Part shown: piece by piece, positions 9,879-18,857 of the stretch
How the letters are laid out: every line of letters begins with the position of its first letter
How positions within the stretch are numbered: position 1 is the stretch's first letter
Program-made: the position numbers and the translations under genes
Notes under the pieces: model-generated
What the model saw: only the letters and a program-made list of their open reading frames with translations
Database searches by the model: none
What the model was told of the DNA's origin: nothing
DNA from: Spirochaetaceae bacterium
GTDB lineage: Bacteria > Spirochaetota > Spirochaetia > DSM-27196 > SLAA01
Length of the DNA: 58,744 nucleotides
NCBI GenBank assembly: GCA_003556605.1
Contig: PWQX01000121.1
Coordinates: 1 to 58,744, forward strand
Reading direction: 5' to 3'

Positions 9879-10835
9879 GACCACCGCAGGGTGCAGACCC
9901 GAGCGGTCGCCCAGCAGTTTCGGCTTAATCACGTTTTGGCTGACGCCGATTGCCCCAACTCCGAATATCAGGAGTATCAGTGCGGCCGCCCAGCGTCCTG
10001 AAAACGCCAGGATCACGACCGCGGGAACAAAGACAAAGTTGGTACCCACCAGCGGGATGACCGAGAGCACCATCATGATCAAGCCCCACAGAAACGGCGA
10101 GGGCAGACCCAGCATCAAGAACAGCAGCGCCCCGTAGACGCCTTCGAAAAACCCAATCAGCACCGTGCTGATCAGGGTCGCACTGGTAACCTGGACAGTT
10201 TCGGAAGCAATGTGGTCGATATCGCGCTGTTCCATCGGGAGTACCGCGCTAATTGCGGTAACGAGCTTGGGACCGTCGAGAAAGAAGAAGAACATCAGGA
10301 GTAAACCGAGCAGTCCGGCACCCACGGTGCGCGCTGCGCCGACGAATGAGCGCTGAAAGGCATCGAGCAAGAACTCACTGCCGACTCGCATCACATCGCG
10401 CAGCACTTCCTCCAGCGAGAACAGCTCCACCTGTTCCACGTAGGCTTCCAGACCCGGAAAGGTATCGAACACCCCGGCCATGCCGGCCTCGCTGAAGCGC
10501 GCAATCGCTTCGGTGATCTCTCGCGTGATCTCCCTATGTCGCGCGACGATAGCGATCAGCTCAGTATACGCTAGTAGCCCCAGAACGCTGATCGGAATCA
10601 CCACAACGAGCACAATTAGACCCAGGGTAAGCGCTGCCCCGACCTTGCGCTGTCCTCCCAGCGTCTTGGTTAAGCGCAGGAACAGCGGATAGAACAGGCC
10701 CGTGAACACTGTGGCAACCAGTAGCGTGATCAAGAATGGGCTGAGAATCCGGATGAACAGCACCGTCACGGTCACAACTACTGTGATGAGAAAGAGCTCG
10801 GATAGCCTGGTGGTTATCTCTCTCTCGTTCGCCAT
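9756..10835 (-). CDS. AI-2E family transporter (PerM/YhhT-like membrane protein)
   Basis: About 8 TM segments and typical AI-2E architecture and length. The start is set at MANEREITTRL (ATG 10835) rather than the longer ORF. Confidence 0.85.
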   Translation of the reverse strand: MANEREITTRLSELFLITVVVTVTVLFIRILSPFLITLLVATVFTGLFYPLFLRLTKTLGGQRKVGAALTLGLIVLVVVIPISVLGLLAYTELIAIVARHREITREITEAIARFSEAGMAGVFDTFPGLEAYVEQVELFSLEEVLRDVMRVGSEFLLDAFQRSFVGAARTVGAGLLGLLLMFFFFLDGPKLVTAISAVLPMEQRDIDHIASETVQVTSATLISTVLIGFFEGVYGALLFLMLGLPSPFLWGLIMMVLSVIPLVGTNFVFVPAVVILAFSGRWAAALILLIFGVGAIGVSQNVIKPKLLGDRSGLHPAVVLLSTLGGITRLGIIGFLVGPILAGLFAVLWRMLADRYSAA

Positions 10836-10878
10836 GCTGCATTCGCCCGGATTCCATGGTATAGTACAGGTACACGAC

Positions 10879-12225
10879 ATGTTGCATCAAGGCGAGGATA
10901 AGGTCACGATACACAAAGTTGATCTGCCGTTGCCCGAACGATGGAAACTTGAGCAGGAGTATCGGCGCCTACGGCCAAAGTATGACGAAGCGTTAGCGAC
11001 CCTGCAGGCCCGGTTGCGCGTTGAGCTTACGGCGGTCGGGTTGGATCCTACCGTCAAATGCCGGGTCAAGTCCTTTGACAGTTGCTTCTCGAAGCTTGTC
11101 CGTCGCGTGCGCGAGTTACCCGGGTCGCAGCGCAGTATGGAGCTCACCGATCTGCTGGGTGTTCGGGTGGTCTGCCCTTTCTTGGAAGACATCGGCCGTA
11201 TCGAGCTTGAGCTTCGTGAGCGCTACGATGTTGTAGAGGTGGAGCGCAAAGGCTCCAAGTACGCGTTCCATGAGTTCGGGTACGATTCCATTCACTATTT
11301 GATTCGTGTTCCGCACGAGATCGCCGAGCGCTGCGGCCTGCCCGATGACGTCTCGTGTGAGCTGCAATTGCGTACAATTCTCCAGGATGCCTGGGCTGAG
11401 GTTGAGCACCAGCTTATTTACAAGGCCCATTTCAGCCCGTTAGACGACCCATTGCGGCGTAAGCTGGCCGCGTTAAATGCGAACTTGTCCCTGTCGGATA
11501 CCATTTTCCAAGAGATCCGCGACTATCAACGCGAGCTGCAAGGTGAGCTGGCGAAGCGGCGCGGCGAGCTCTGGCGGGAGTATCACCGCATAGCTGATAA
11601 CGGTGAGCTTGAAGAGGAAGGGGACGCGGATGCACATAATGCACACGGGGACCGTACCGATTCGGTGCCGCAGGACGAGGGTCGTGATCGCGGGAACGGT
11701 GGATACGGGCACTCGGCTACAAGTCTGCGGAACGGGCAAGAGATTGCTGAAACGCTCGATAACCTTCTGTTGCAGGCGTTGCTGGCGCACAACCGCAAGG
11801 AGTATCACAAGGCCATCGCCATATACGACCGCTTACTGGAACACGAGCTGCGGCCCGAGGTTGAGTCGGTGATCTGTGCCCATCGCGGGATGGCCTTTTT
11901 CGCTGACGATCGCTATGGACAGGCGATAGACGATTTCTCCCGGGCCTTGACGGTGACGCCGGATAACGCCAAAGCGTTGTATTACCGCGGCGTAGTATAT
12001 CGCGTGGTTGGCAGGACGAGCGACGCTCTCGCTGATTTGGACCATTGTCTCGATCTTGATCCCTATCACTTCGATGGAGCTTTTGCACGTGCCCAACTGT
12101 ATTACGAGCTTGGCGATTACGTGCGAGCACTACGTGATTGCGAGCGGGCGCTGGAAATTGTACCCGAATCCAGGGAAGCGCTGAAGTTTCGAAAACTGAT
12201 TTCAAATCGCGTGTATCGTTGCTGA
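10879..12225 (+). CDS. RelA/SpoT-domain small alarmone synthetase fused to C-terminal TPR repeats
   Basis: Synthetase motifs: LLGVRVVCPF, GYDSIHYLIRV, ELQLRTILQDAWAEVEHQLIYK. An acidic low-complexity linker follows. The C-terminus has TPR-like repeats (AIDDFSRALTVTPDNAKALYYRGVVY...ALADLDHCLDLDP...ALRDCERALEIVP). There is no HD hydrolase domain. Confidence 0.8.
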   Translation: MLHQGEDKVTIHKVDLPLPERWKLEQEYRRLRPKYDEALATLQARLRVELTAVGLDPTVKCRVKSFDSCFSKLVRRVRELPGSQRSMELTDLLGVRVVCPFLEDIGRIELELRERYDVVEVERKGSKYAFHEFGYDSIHYLIRVPHEIAERCGLPDDVSCELQLRTILQDAWAEVEHQLIYKAHFSPLDDPLRRKLAALNANLSLSDTIFQEIRDYQRELQGELAKRRGELWREYHRIADNGELEEEGDADAHNAHGDRTDSVPQDEGRDRGNGGYGHSATSLRNGQEIAETLDNLLLQALLAHNRKEYHKAIAIYDRLLEHELRPEVESVICAHRGMAFFADDRYGQAIDDFSRALTVTPDNAKALYYRGVVYRVVGRTSDALADLDHCLDLDPYHFDGAFARAQLYYELGDYVRALRDCERALEIVPESREALKFRKLISNRVYRC

Positions 12226-12375
12226 TGTACGCTTCAGGATCTGAAGCTGCGAGCGGAGATTGGTACCTTGGGCACCTGCGAAACACCGGGGAAGCTCCGC
12301 GGTTGCGCTCAGTCGGGGTTTCAGTCTATGCCGGCACGGTTTTGTAATCTAGGGGCGAAAAACCGAATTCCTGCA

Positions 12376-12720
12376 TTACCCGTAAGGCCGGCGCTCGGGC
12401 AGCTGTACCGGGGCTTTGTGCTGCGCCGCAAACTCGGGTGAAAGAAAAAGACCGCAAAAGCAGTGGCCGTATTCTTGTTGATCCGGGACGTTGTAATCGC
12501 ACGGGCAAATGATGTCGCGATCGTGTTGGCGTATCCCGTCTCCGTCGCGACACGGGCACAAGTAATACCCGTAGCGGTTGTAGTTTACCGCGAGGCCTTG
12601 TGCGAGGTCACCGACGAACTCGGTGTCGGGATTGACGGCCCAGCCGTTGTGCTCGGCAACTCGACGAATGAAGGTATGGGCGTCCTGTACTGTCTTGGTC
12701 CGGCGAGTCGGCTGTCGCAT
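12376..12720 (-). CDS. Ferredoxin:thioredoxin reductase catalytic-subunit-like protein
   Basis: Cys pattern CPCR...CPC...HCFCGLF matches the FTR beta-chain 4Fe-4S/disulfide motif. Start at ATG 12720, 11 nt after the upstream Grx-like stop and preceded by GAGG. Confidence 0.75.
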   Translation of the reverse strand: MRQPTRRTKTVQDAHTFIRRVAEHNGWAVNPDTEFVGDLAQGLAVNYNRYGYYLCPCRDGDGIRQHDRDIICPCDYNVPDQQEYGHCFCGLFLSPEFAAQHKAPVQLPERRPYG

Positions 12721-12731
12721 AGCCTCGGTCC

Positions 12732-13052
12732 TTAGCCCGCCTCGGGCAGCTTCAACAGTTTTCGCCACTGGTCCTCTGTGAAGCCGGTAACGGCGCGCTT
12801 GCCGTCGACAACCAGCACTGGAAACACAGGCGAGGTATTGAAGCGTGTATGCAACTCATCCTTCACCCGGCGCTTCGCTTCGGGTGGGATCTTGTCAAGC
12901 TGAACGAACCGATAGGCGAATCCGTTATCGCTGAGGAACGCGAGCGCGCGCTTACAAAACCCACACGTCGACAAAGAGAATACAGTGAGTTCCTGATCGC
13001 GCCGCCGGCCTTTTCGGTGTTTGTATCTCAGTTCTTCTAGTATGTCTTCCAT
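12732..13052 (-). CDS. Glutaredoxin-like (NrdH/YruB-type) redoxin
   Basis: 106 aa with a thioredoxin fold. Active site STCGFCKRA (CxxC), and the conserved VFPVLVVDGK stretch. Confidence 0.75.
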   Translation of the reverse strand: MEDILEELRYKHRKGRRRDQELTVFSLSTCGFCKRALAFLSDNGFAYRFVQLDKIPPEAKRRVKDELHTRFNTSPVFPVLVVDGKRAVTGFTEDQWRKLLKLPEAG

Positions 13053-13163
13053 CTGGCGAAACTCCCTTTATCTGCGAATTGCTCTAGCATAGCGCGATCA
13101 CGGGTGTGGCGACAAGCGGTGATACTCTATGATACACTGCGGGCTACAAACGGTTGACAGGCA

Positions 13164-14747
13164 GTGAACAGGTTCATGGACAGGCGAAAGGCCGAGCGGG
13201 TTGTGCGGGTACACAAAGAGCCGCAAGGAGTTTTTGAGAAGCTTCTCGCGCTCGTCACCAATCAGGATGATCCGGAGCGCAAAAAGCGACGACTCCTCAA
13301 AGGAATTCGTAGAGATCTGAACAAGAATCGTCGCTACAAGTTCTATAAACCACGTGGTAACGAGGTGCAGCCGGGACTGGCGCGCTTCATTCATGAAATA
13401 TACAAAGCGGTTGTGCCGGCGAAAACCATCTTACGCAACGCAGCCGGCTCAAAGGCGTTGCAGTCTATCGTGATCGAGAACTTCATGAGCAAGGAGCAAA
13501 CCGGAATGCTCGCGCAGTTTGCTGAAGATCGTATCGGCGAAGCAGGCGAGCGGTCAGATATCCGTGAGCTTTCCGGTGAGCTGAGGCAAGCGATGGTGGA
13601 CTTCTTCGCGTCGTTCGACAATGTCACTGTCAAACAGATCAATGCAACCTACAATACCGTGCGTAGTTTTGTTCATTTCGTGGGATTCGATTTCTACCTT
13701 TTACTGAAGAAGTTCGATCCGGGTATAACTGAAGCGAATCCAAGCTACAAGCCGAGCTTCCAAGCTATCGGCGGCGAGTCTATCACTGATGACTTGAAAG
13801 ACTTCTTAGAGATTGCCCCCGCAATCGACAAGTCGGCGGATTGGGATAGGGTGCTTGGGATTCTTCAGCAGTATCGAGGCATTGAGGTAATCTCACGCGC
13901 TGCATGGAAGAAGGTGATGAACTCGGTGACCGATGTAGTGCAGTCAGAGGTTCTGCTCAAAATCGTGCGCTATGTAGAACAAGATCCGTTCTTGGTGGTA
14001 GAGCCGAACGTCCCGCAAGAGCACATTGTTGAGCCGTATCTTAATGCCGTAAAGACCACAACCGAAGCAACAATTCAGAAACTCTCGGCTGAACGGCGCG
14101 AACGCAAGGTGCAGCAGTTGAGCCACAAGATCTTCGGTAACACAACGGTCTTGCGCACCAAGTACTACACTGAAGCTGCGAGTCAGGTGTATGCCAAACG
14201 ACACGCAAGCGGTTATACGCTCACTGCGCCGATGAGCTATCTGAAGGCGTTTCTCGTAGATTACTGCAAGAAAGACGTTCGCGAGCTGGTGCGGGACGTT
14301 TTGCTGGTGCGCGGTAGGTGGGCCGCTACCGTCACCTCGCATCAGCTGTCCGAGGCGTTCCATGAAACCATGGCGCTCGCCGATCAGATTCTCGAGTTTG
14401 ACAATAGCCTTGCCGACGATGGAGAGCGGGGTGCTAAGCTGCGAAAAGCGTTAGGCAGGACAGTTGAGCGTGATCAGAAGTCGCTCAAGCTACTGCAGGA
14501 TCAACTGAGTGAGGTCAATCAAACCGCACACGAGATAATAGTGAAATCGGCGCAGCATCTCACCACAATCGGGAAGATTCTGAGGGCGGTCATTGAAGAC
14601 GCCGATCGGCAGGAGTCTGAGCTCATTGTGAACTGGAGAGAGCTCCAAGGTTACGTCGCAGACCCGCTCAAGAATCGACTTACTGAGATCCACCGGCAAA
14701 TCTACTACTTCGTGGAGTTGATGCGGATATACGTCAAAACAGTATAG
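13164..14747 (+). CDS. Hypothetical protein (527 aa, soluble, helical)
   Basis: Long uninterrupted ORF with no TM segment and no motif I recognise. It is visibly AT-richer than its neighbours. The start may be ATG 13176 instead of GTG 13164. Confidence 0.6.
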   Translation: MNRFMDRRKAERVVRVHKEPQGVFEKLLALVTNQDDPERKKRRLLKGIRRDLNKNRRYKFYKPRGNEVQPGLARFIHEIYKAVVPAKTILRNAAGSKALQSIVIENFMSKEQTGMLAQFAEDRIGEAGERSDIRELSGELRQAMVDFFASFDNVTVKQINATYNTVRSFVHFVGFDFYLLLKKFDPGITEANPSYKPSFQAIGGESITDDLKDFLEIAPAIDKSADWDRVLGILQQYRGIEVISRAAWKKVMNSVTDVVQSEVLLKIVRYVEQDPFLVVEPNVPQEHIVEPYLNAVKTTTEATIQKLSAERRERKVQQLSHKIFGNTTVLRTKYYTEAASQVYAKRHASGYTLTAPMSYLKAFLVDYCKKDVRELVRDVLLVRGRWAATVTSHQLSEAFHETMALADQILEFDNSLADDGERGAKLRKALGRTVERDQKSLKLLQDQLSEVNQTAHEIIVKSAQHLTTIGKILRAVIEDADRQESELIVNWRELQGYVADPLKNRLTEIHRQIYYFVELMRIYVKTV

Positions 14748-14754
14748 CGGCACG

Positions 14755-15270
14755 CTACAGAGCGCCCTCGAGCTCCAGAAGCTTGCGTTTCAGCCGCGAC
14801 CCGTCGCCGGGCGGGAAGGCGCGGAGCGCGTATTGCCCAAGGCCGCGGTCGGCCGATACCACTCGATGACACGGAATTACGATTGGGGCGGGGTTGCCGG
14901 CTACCGCGTTGCCGACTGCGCGGGCGGCACGGGCACGGCCGATTTTGCGGGCGATCTCTCCGTAAGTGACCGTGCTTCCGTATTCTATTTTGGCGAGGCG
15001 TTTCCAGACGCTGCGCTGAAACTGTGTTCCGTCAAGACTGACGGGGATTGTAAAGTGCCGCAGGTGACCGCGGAAGTATTCATCAAGCTCGTGTTCGAGC
15101 TCGCCGCAGGCGTACTTGTTTTCTTCAAGCTGCAGCCCCTTGGGCCATTCGCCGAATGCGGTGTAGCTAATGCGTAGAACGCTCCCGCCGCGATTGACAG
15201 CGAGATGCAGGGTTCCAATCGGTGATTTGTAGCAGTGTGTGTAGATTACGCCGCTATTTTGTACGCTCAT
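14755..15270 (-). CDS. ogt: Methylated-DNA-protein-cysteine methyltransferase
   Basis: Active-site PCHRVV, preceded by the helix-turn-helix YGEIARKIG...RAVGNAVAGNP. Confidence 0.85.
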   Translation of the reverse strand: MSVQNSGVIYTHCYKSPIGTLHLAVNRGGSVLRISYTAFGEWPKGLQLEENKYACGELEHELDEYFRGHLRHFTIPVSLDGTQFQRSVWKRLAKIEYGSTVTYGEIARKIGRARAARAVGNAVAGNPAPIVIPCHRVVSADRGLGQYALRAFPPGDGSRLKRKLLELEGAL

Positions 15271-15557
15271 CGTGAATTACGAGTATAGCAGCCATGGTGA
15301 AACGCGCCTACGGGTGAGGCTCACTGTATCAGGGCCAACGCGTTTGAACACTGCAAACGAAGGCGCGGCGGCACACCCGCTTTTTGCTTCCGAGTGCGCC
15401 GTGCAGGACGGGTAGGCGGCCGGAATACACGGCGCTCAGGCGTTTCGCCGCCGCCGTGGAGCAGACCTCTCGTCCAAATGTGTTTGCCCCGTTCACTGTG
15501 CCGGCCGCCGTGAGTTCGTGCGCGACAAAGTGAGTGTTGATAGTGGGGTCCGGACTG

Positions 15558-16877
15558 TCAGCGGTTGGAACGCCCGCCGTGGGACGTCATGCACTTGTAC
15601 GCGGCGAGCTTCCCGCCCGCCTCCGGTGCAACGTGCGCCCGAACCTCGATTACGCCGTTATAGTGCTCCTCGCTGAGGACGTGCCCATTGCGATGCAGGT
15701 ACGCAATGAGGTCGTAGCGATCAGCGGGAACCGCGTATACGGTCTCAGCGCTCTGTTCGTCGATGACGTCACGTATGAGCTCGAGCACGCGGTTGATTCC
15801 TTCCCCCGTCTTGGCGGAGACTAACGCTGTACGCTCGGGATCGCATCCAAGACGCTCGGCGGCGGCGTGGATCTCAATACGGTCGGCAAGTAAGTCAATC
15901 TTGTTGAACACCACTACACGGGGGCGGTCGGCTACCCCAAGCTCTTCGAGCACTTCGGTAGTTGCGGCAAAGTGGCCGTCGAGGTTACGGCTTGAAGCGT
16001 CCACCACGTGTACCAGGAACTGTGCAAGTACCGTCTCTTCCAGGGTTGATTTAAAGGCATCGATGAGGCTCGGAGGCAGTTTCTGAATAAACCCGACCGT
16101 GTCGGTCAGTACCGCTCCGCCCTCAAACTGAGGTGCAAGCCTGCGCGTGGTGGCGTCGAGCGTGGCAAACGGCTGGTTGGCGACGCGCACGCGTGAATCA
16201 GTGAGGATGCGCATCAGCGAAGACTTGCCGGCGTTGGTATAGCCGACGATCGAACCGGTTGGTACCGGTACGCCGACGCGGCGCTTGCGCATGGTTGCGC
16301 GACTTGCCTGCACCTCGCGCAGCTCGTCGCGCAGCTCTCGGATTCGGCGTAGAACCTGCCTGCGGTCGAGCTCGATCTGCTTCTCACCTTCACCCCGAGT
16401 GCCGCGCCGGCCGCCTTTTTGGCGAGAGAGATGCGTCCAGGCGTGTGCCAGGCGCGGCAGGTAATACTGCATCTGTGCGAGCTCTACCTGCAGCTTGGCC
16501 TCGGTTGTACGAGCATGCCGAGCGAAGATGTCGAGGATGATCTCTTGACGGTCTACCACGGTACGTTGAGTCAGTTGTTCCCAGTTGCGTTGCTGCGACG
16601 GCGAGAGTTGATCATCAAACACTACCCACTCAGCGTCCCGCTTCTCGGCCTCGGCGGCGATCTCGTGGGCCTTCCCCGTTCCAAACAGATAACGCGCGTA
16701 CGGTTTTCGCAGCTTCGCATTGATGGGGCCAAGGGGTCTAAAACCCAGTGCAAGCACCAGCTCGTGCAGTTCCGCGCCGGTTTCGGCCGACGTCCGGCTA
16801 TCGTCTTCAGGCCGCTGCACCGATACCAACAGGGCGCTTGCCCCGGTCTCGTATCGAGGGGTGTGTAACAGGCTCAT
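15558..16877 (-). CDS. hflX: GTPase HflX
   Basis: HflX N-terminal domain (LVLELAQMQYYLPRL...GGRRGTRGEGEKQIELDRR), G-domain VGYTNAGKSSL, DTVGF and NKID. Start ATG 16877 overlaps the galE stop as ATGA. Confidence 0.9.
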   Translation of the reverse strand: MSLLHTPRYETGASALLVSVQRPEDDSRTSAETGAELHELVLALGFRPLGPINAKLRKPYARYLFGTGKAHEIAAEAEKRDAEWVVFDDQLSPSQQRNWEQLTQRTVVDRQEIILDIFARHARTTEAKLQVELAQMQYYLPRLAHAWTHLSRQKGGRRGTRGEGEKQIELDRRQVLRRIRELRDELREVQASRATMRKRRVGVPVPTGSIVGYTNAGKSSLMRILTDSRVRVANQPFATLDATTRRLAPQFEGGAVLTDTVGFIQKLPPSLIDAFKSTLEETVLAQFLVHVVDASSRNLDGHFAATTEVLEELGVADRPRVVVFNKIDLLADRIEIHAAAERLGCDPERTALVSAKTGEGINRVLELIRDVIDEQSAETVYAVPADRYDLIAYLHRNGHVLSEEHYNGVIEVRAHVAPEAGGKLAAYKCMTSHGGRSNR

Positions 16878-17872
16878 TTGCTTGCGCTTTTGGCGCCGCT
16901 TGCAGCGTACGCCCGCCACGCCGTGCGGATAAGGGTCTCCGGATCACTGTAGCGCGGCTGCCAGCCAAGCACTTCACGCGCCGCCGCAGACGAAGCCACC
17001 AGCTTCGCCGGATCTCCGGCGCGCCGGGGAGCGACCTCAACGGGGATAGTGCGTTCGGCAACGGTGCGCGCGAGCTCATACATCTCGCGCACGCTCACTC
17101 CGCACTCGGTGCCTAAATTGAGCACCAGATCGGTGTTGTGTTCGGCAATACGCTCGAGCGCCGTAACGTGCGCGGTTGCAAGGTCGGTCACATGCACGTA
17201 ATCACGTACGCCGGTGCCGTCGGCAGTGTCGTAATCATCACCGAAGACCTGCAGATTTGAGCGTTTGCCTATAGCGACCTCCATGATGATCGGCAGCAGA
17301 TTCGCGGGGTTGCGCTCGAGGCCCCGAATCTCGCCGTCGGGGTCGTACCCGGCGGCATTGAAGTAGCGCAGCGCGGCGTAGCGCAGCTCTCGCAGATGGG
17401 AGTACCAGCGCAGCAGGTGTTCTATCTCCAGCTTCGTAGCCCCGTAGAAGTTGGTTGGCTCGGTAGGGTGGGCCTCATCGATCGGGAGGTACCGCGGTTC
17501 GCCGTACACTGCCGCCGAGGACGAGAACACCAGGCGCGGTACATCAGCACCGGTCATAGCGTTCAGGATCTTGATCGTCCCGGCAATGTTGTGTTCGGCG
17601 TAACGCTCGGGTTCGAGCATCGACTCGCCGGCCGCTTTCAATGCCGCGAGATGGATCACTGCGTCCACCGGACGCCCGTTTGTGAGCATCGCCGCCCGCA
17701 ATCGCCTTTCGTCGAGAATATCGGCCTCGATGAATCCACACTCGGGAAACACGTTCTCGCGACAGCCCGTAGAGAGGTTGTCATACACCGTGACCGAATC
17801 ACCGTGTTGCAGCAGGGCCTTCACTACGTGACTGCCAATGTAGCCGGCGCCGCCGATCACTAGAATGTTCAT
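16874..17872 (-). CDS. galE: UDP-glucose 4-epimerase
   Basis: Rossmann motif VIGGAGYIGSH, catalytic YGATK, 332 aa. Confidence 0.9.
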   Translation of the reverse strand: MNILVIGGAGYIGSHVVKALLQHGDSVTVYDNLSTGCRENVFPECGFIEADILDERRLRAAMLTNGRPVDAVIHLAALKAAGESMLEPERYAEHNIAGTIKILNAMTGADVPRLVFSSSAAVYGEPRYLPIDEAHPTEPTNFYGATKLEIEHLLRWYSHLRELRYAALRYFNAAGYDPDGEIRGLERNPANLLPIIMEVAIGKRSNLQVFGDDYDTADGTGVRDYVHVTDLATAHVTALERIAEHNTDLVLNLGTECGVSVREMYELARTVAERTIPVEVAPRRAGDPAKLVASSAAAREVLGWQPRYSDPETLIRTAWRAYAASGAKSASK

Positions 17873-18139
17873 ATCTGAGCATAAGATAGTCGTAGCGCTG
17901 AGTGTATGTCAAACGCTTGGCGAAGACCCCGGTTTGTGCTCATGGCTCAAGACGCCGAAGATCTCCATGCTGCGCGGCTTTCGGCCATTAGTTCGAAGCT
18001 TTAGTGTGCTCGTCGCAGCTCGGAGTTCACGATTACGAGGCGGCGCGCGCCGCCCGATAGCAGACCGCTGCGCACGTGAAGTTTGCGGCTCATCTACTGT
18101 GGCCGCAATTCAGGATAGCTGCTACATTCTATTTCAACT

Positions 18140-18724
18140 ATGAACGAGAGCATCTTTGAACATGGATCTGATATTCAAACCTACGTAGCTAGTCTGCGCA
18201 ATTATCGTTCGCTGGTAAGACAGTTGTGTGATCGCGCCGAGCCGAGAAGCGATCACGTTGCTGCTCTACGGTACGCGGTCTCCGGGCATTCACAGCCGGT
18301 ACGTGCGACCGTGATGACCGAGGACTGGTGCGGCGACTCGGCTGCCAATCTGCCGATCATCGCACGGCTGTGTGAGCTGGCCGGGATAGAACTTCGTATT
18401 CTGCGTGGCTCTGAGCAGCCAGATTTGAAAGACCACTACCGTGACGCCGGTGTTGATCACATTCCGGTGCTTTCGCTATGGGACGGCACTTGGACTGAGG
18501 TCGCCCGCTGGGTGGAAGCGCCGGCGGTCGTGCAGCGAAAGAAGGAGGGGTGGAAGCAAGAGACCCCCGATTTCCTGCGCCTTTACGAGGAGCGCAAGCA
18601 CAACAAAAGCGCCGCTAAGCAGTTCAACCTGCTATACCGGCAGTACCTCGACGAGATGACGCGCTGGTACGAGGCCGGCGACTGGAACGAAACTACTCGC
18701 GAGATCGTTGAAGCGCTGCAGTAG
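18140..18724 (+). CDS. Thioredoxin-like family protein (CxxS variant)
   Basis: 194 aa. The motif TEDWCGDSAANLP occupies the position of a thioredoxin-type WCxxC site. Otherwise unassigned. Confidence 0.6.
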   Translation: MNESIFEHGSDIQTYVASLRNYRSLVRQLCDRAEPRSDHVAALRYAVSGHSQPVRATVMTEDWCGDSAANLPIIARLCELAGIELRILRGSEQPDLKDHYRDAGVDHIPVLSLWDGTWTEVARWVEAPAVVQRKKEGWKQETPDFLRLYEERKHNKSAAKQFNLLYRQYLDEMTRWYEAGDWNETTREIVEALQ

Positions 18725-18857
18725 CGCAACCGAGGCGCAGGTATCCCTGCACAAGGTGCGTGCCGCGCTCGGGTGCCGCCTCGGCTTCGCGGCTTTCTGC
18801 GATACTTGACAGGTCGGCGTAATCGGCGGGAGAATACTATCAGCGCAGAGTGCTGTG

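Noticed and set aside
10833-10881. Alternative longer starts that would make the AI-2E and SAS-TPR genes share palindromic CATG start codons (at 10833-10836 and 10878-10881).
   Set aside because: The shorter AI-2E start (MANERE...) and the SAS start at 10879 agree better with family N-termini. The overlap reading is a coincidence of CATG palindromes.
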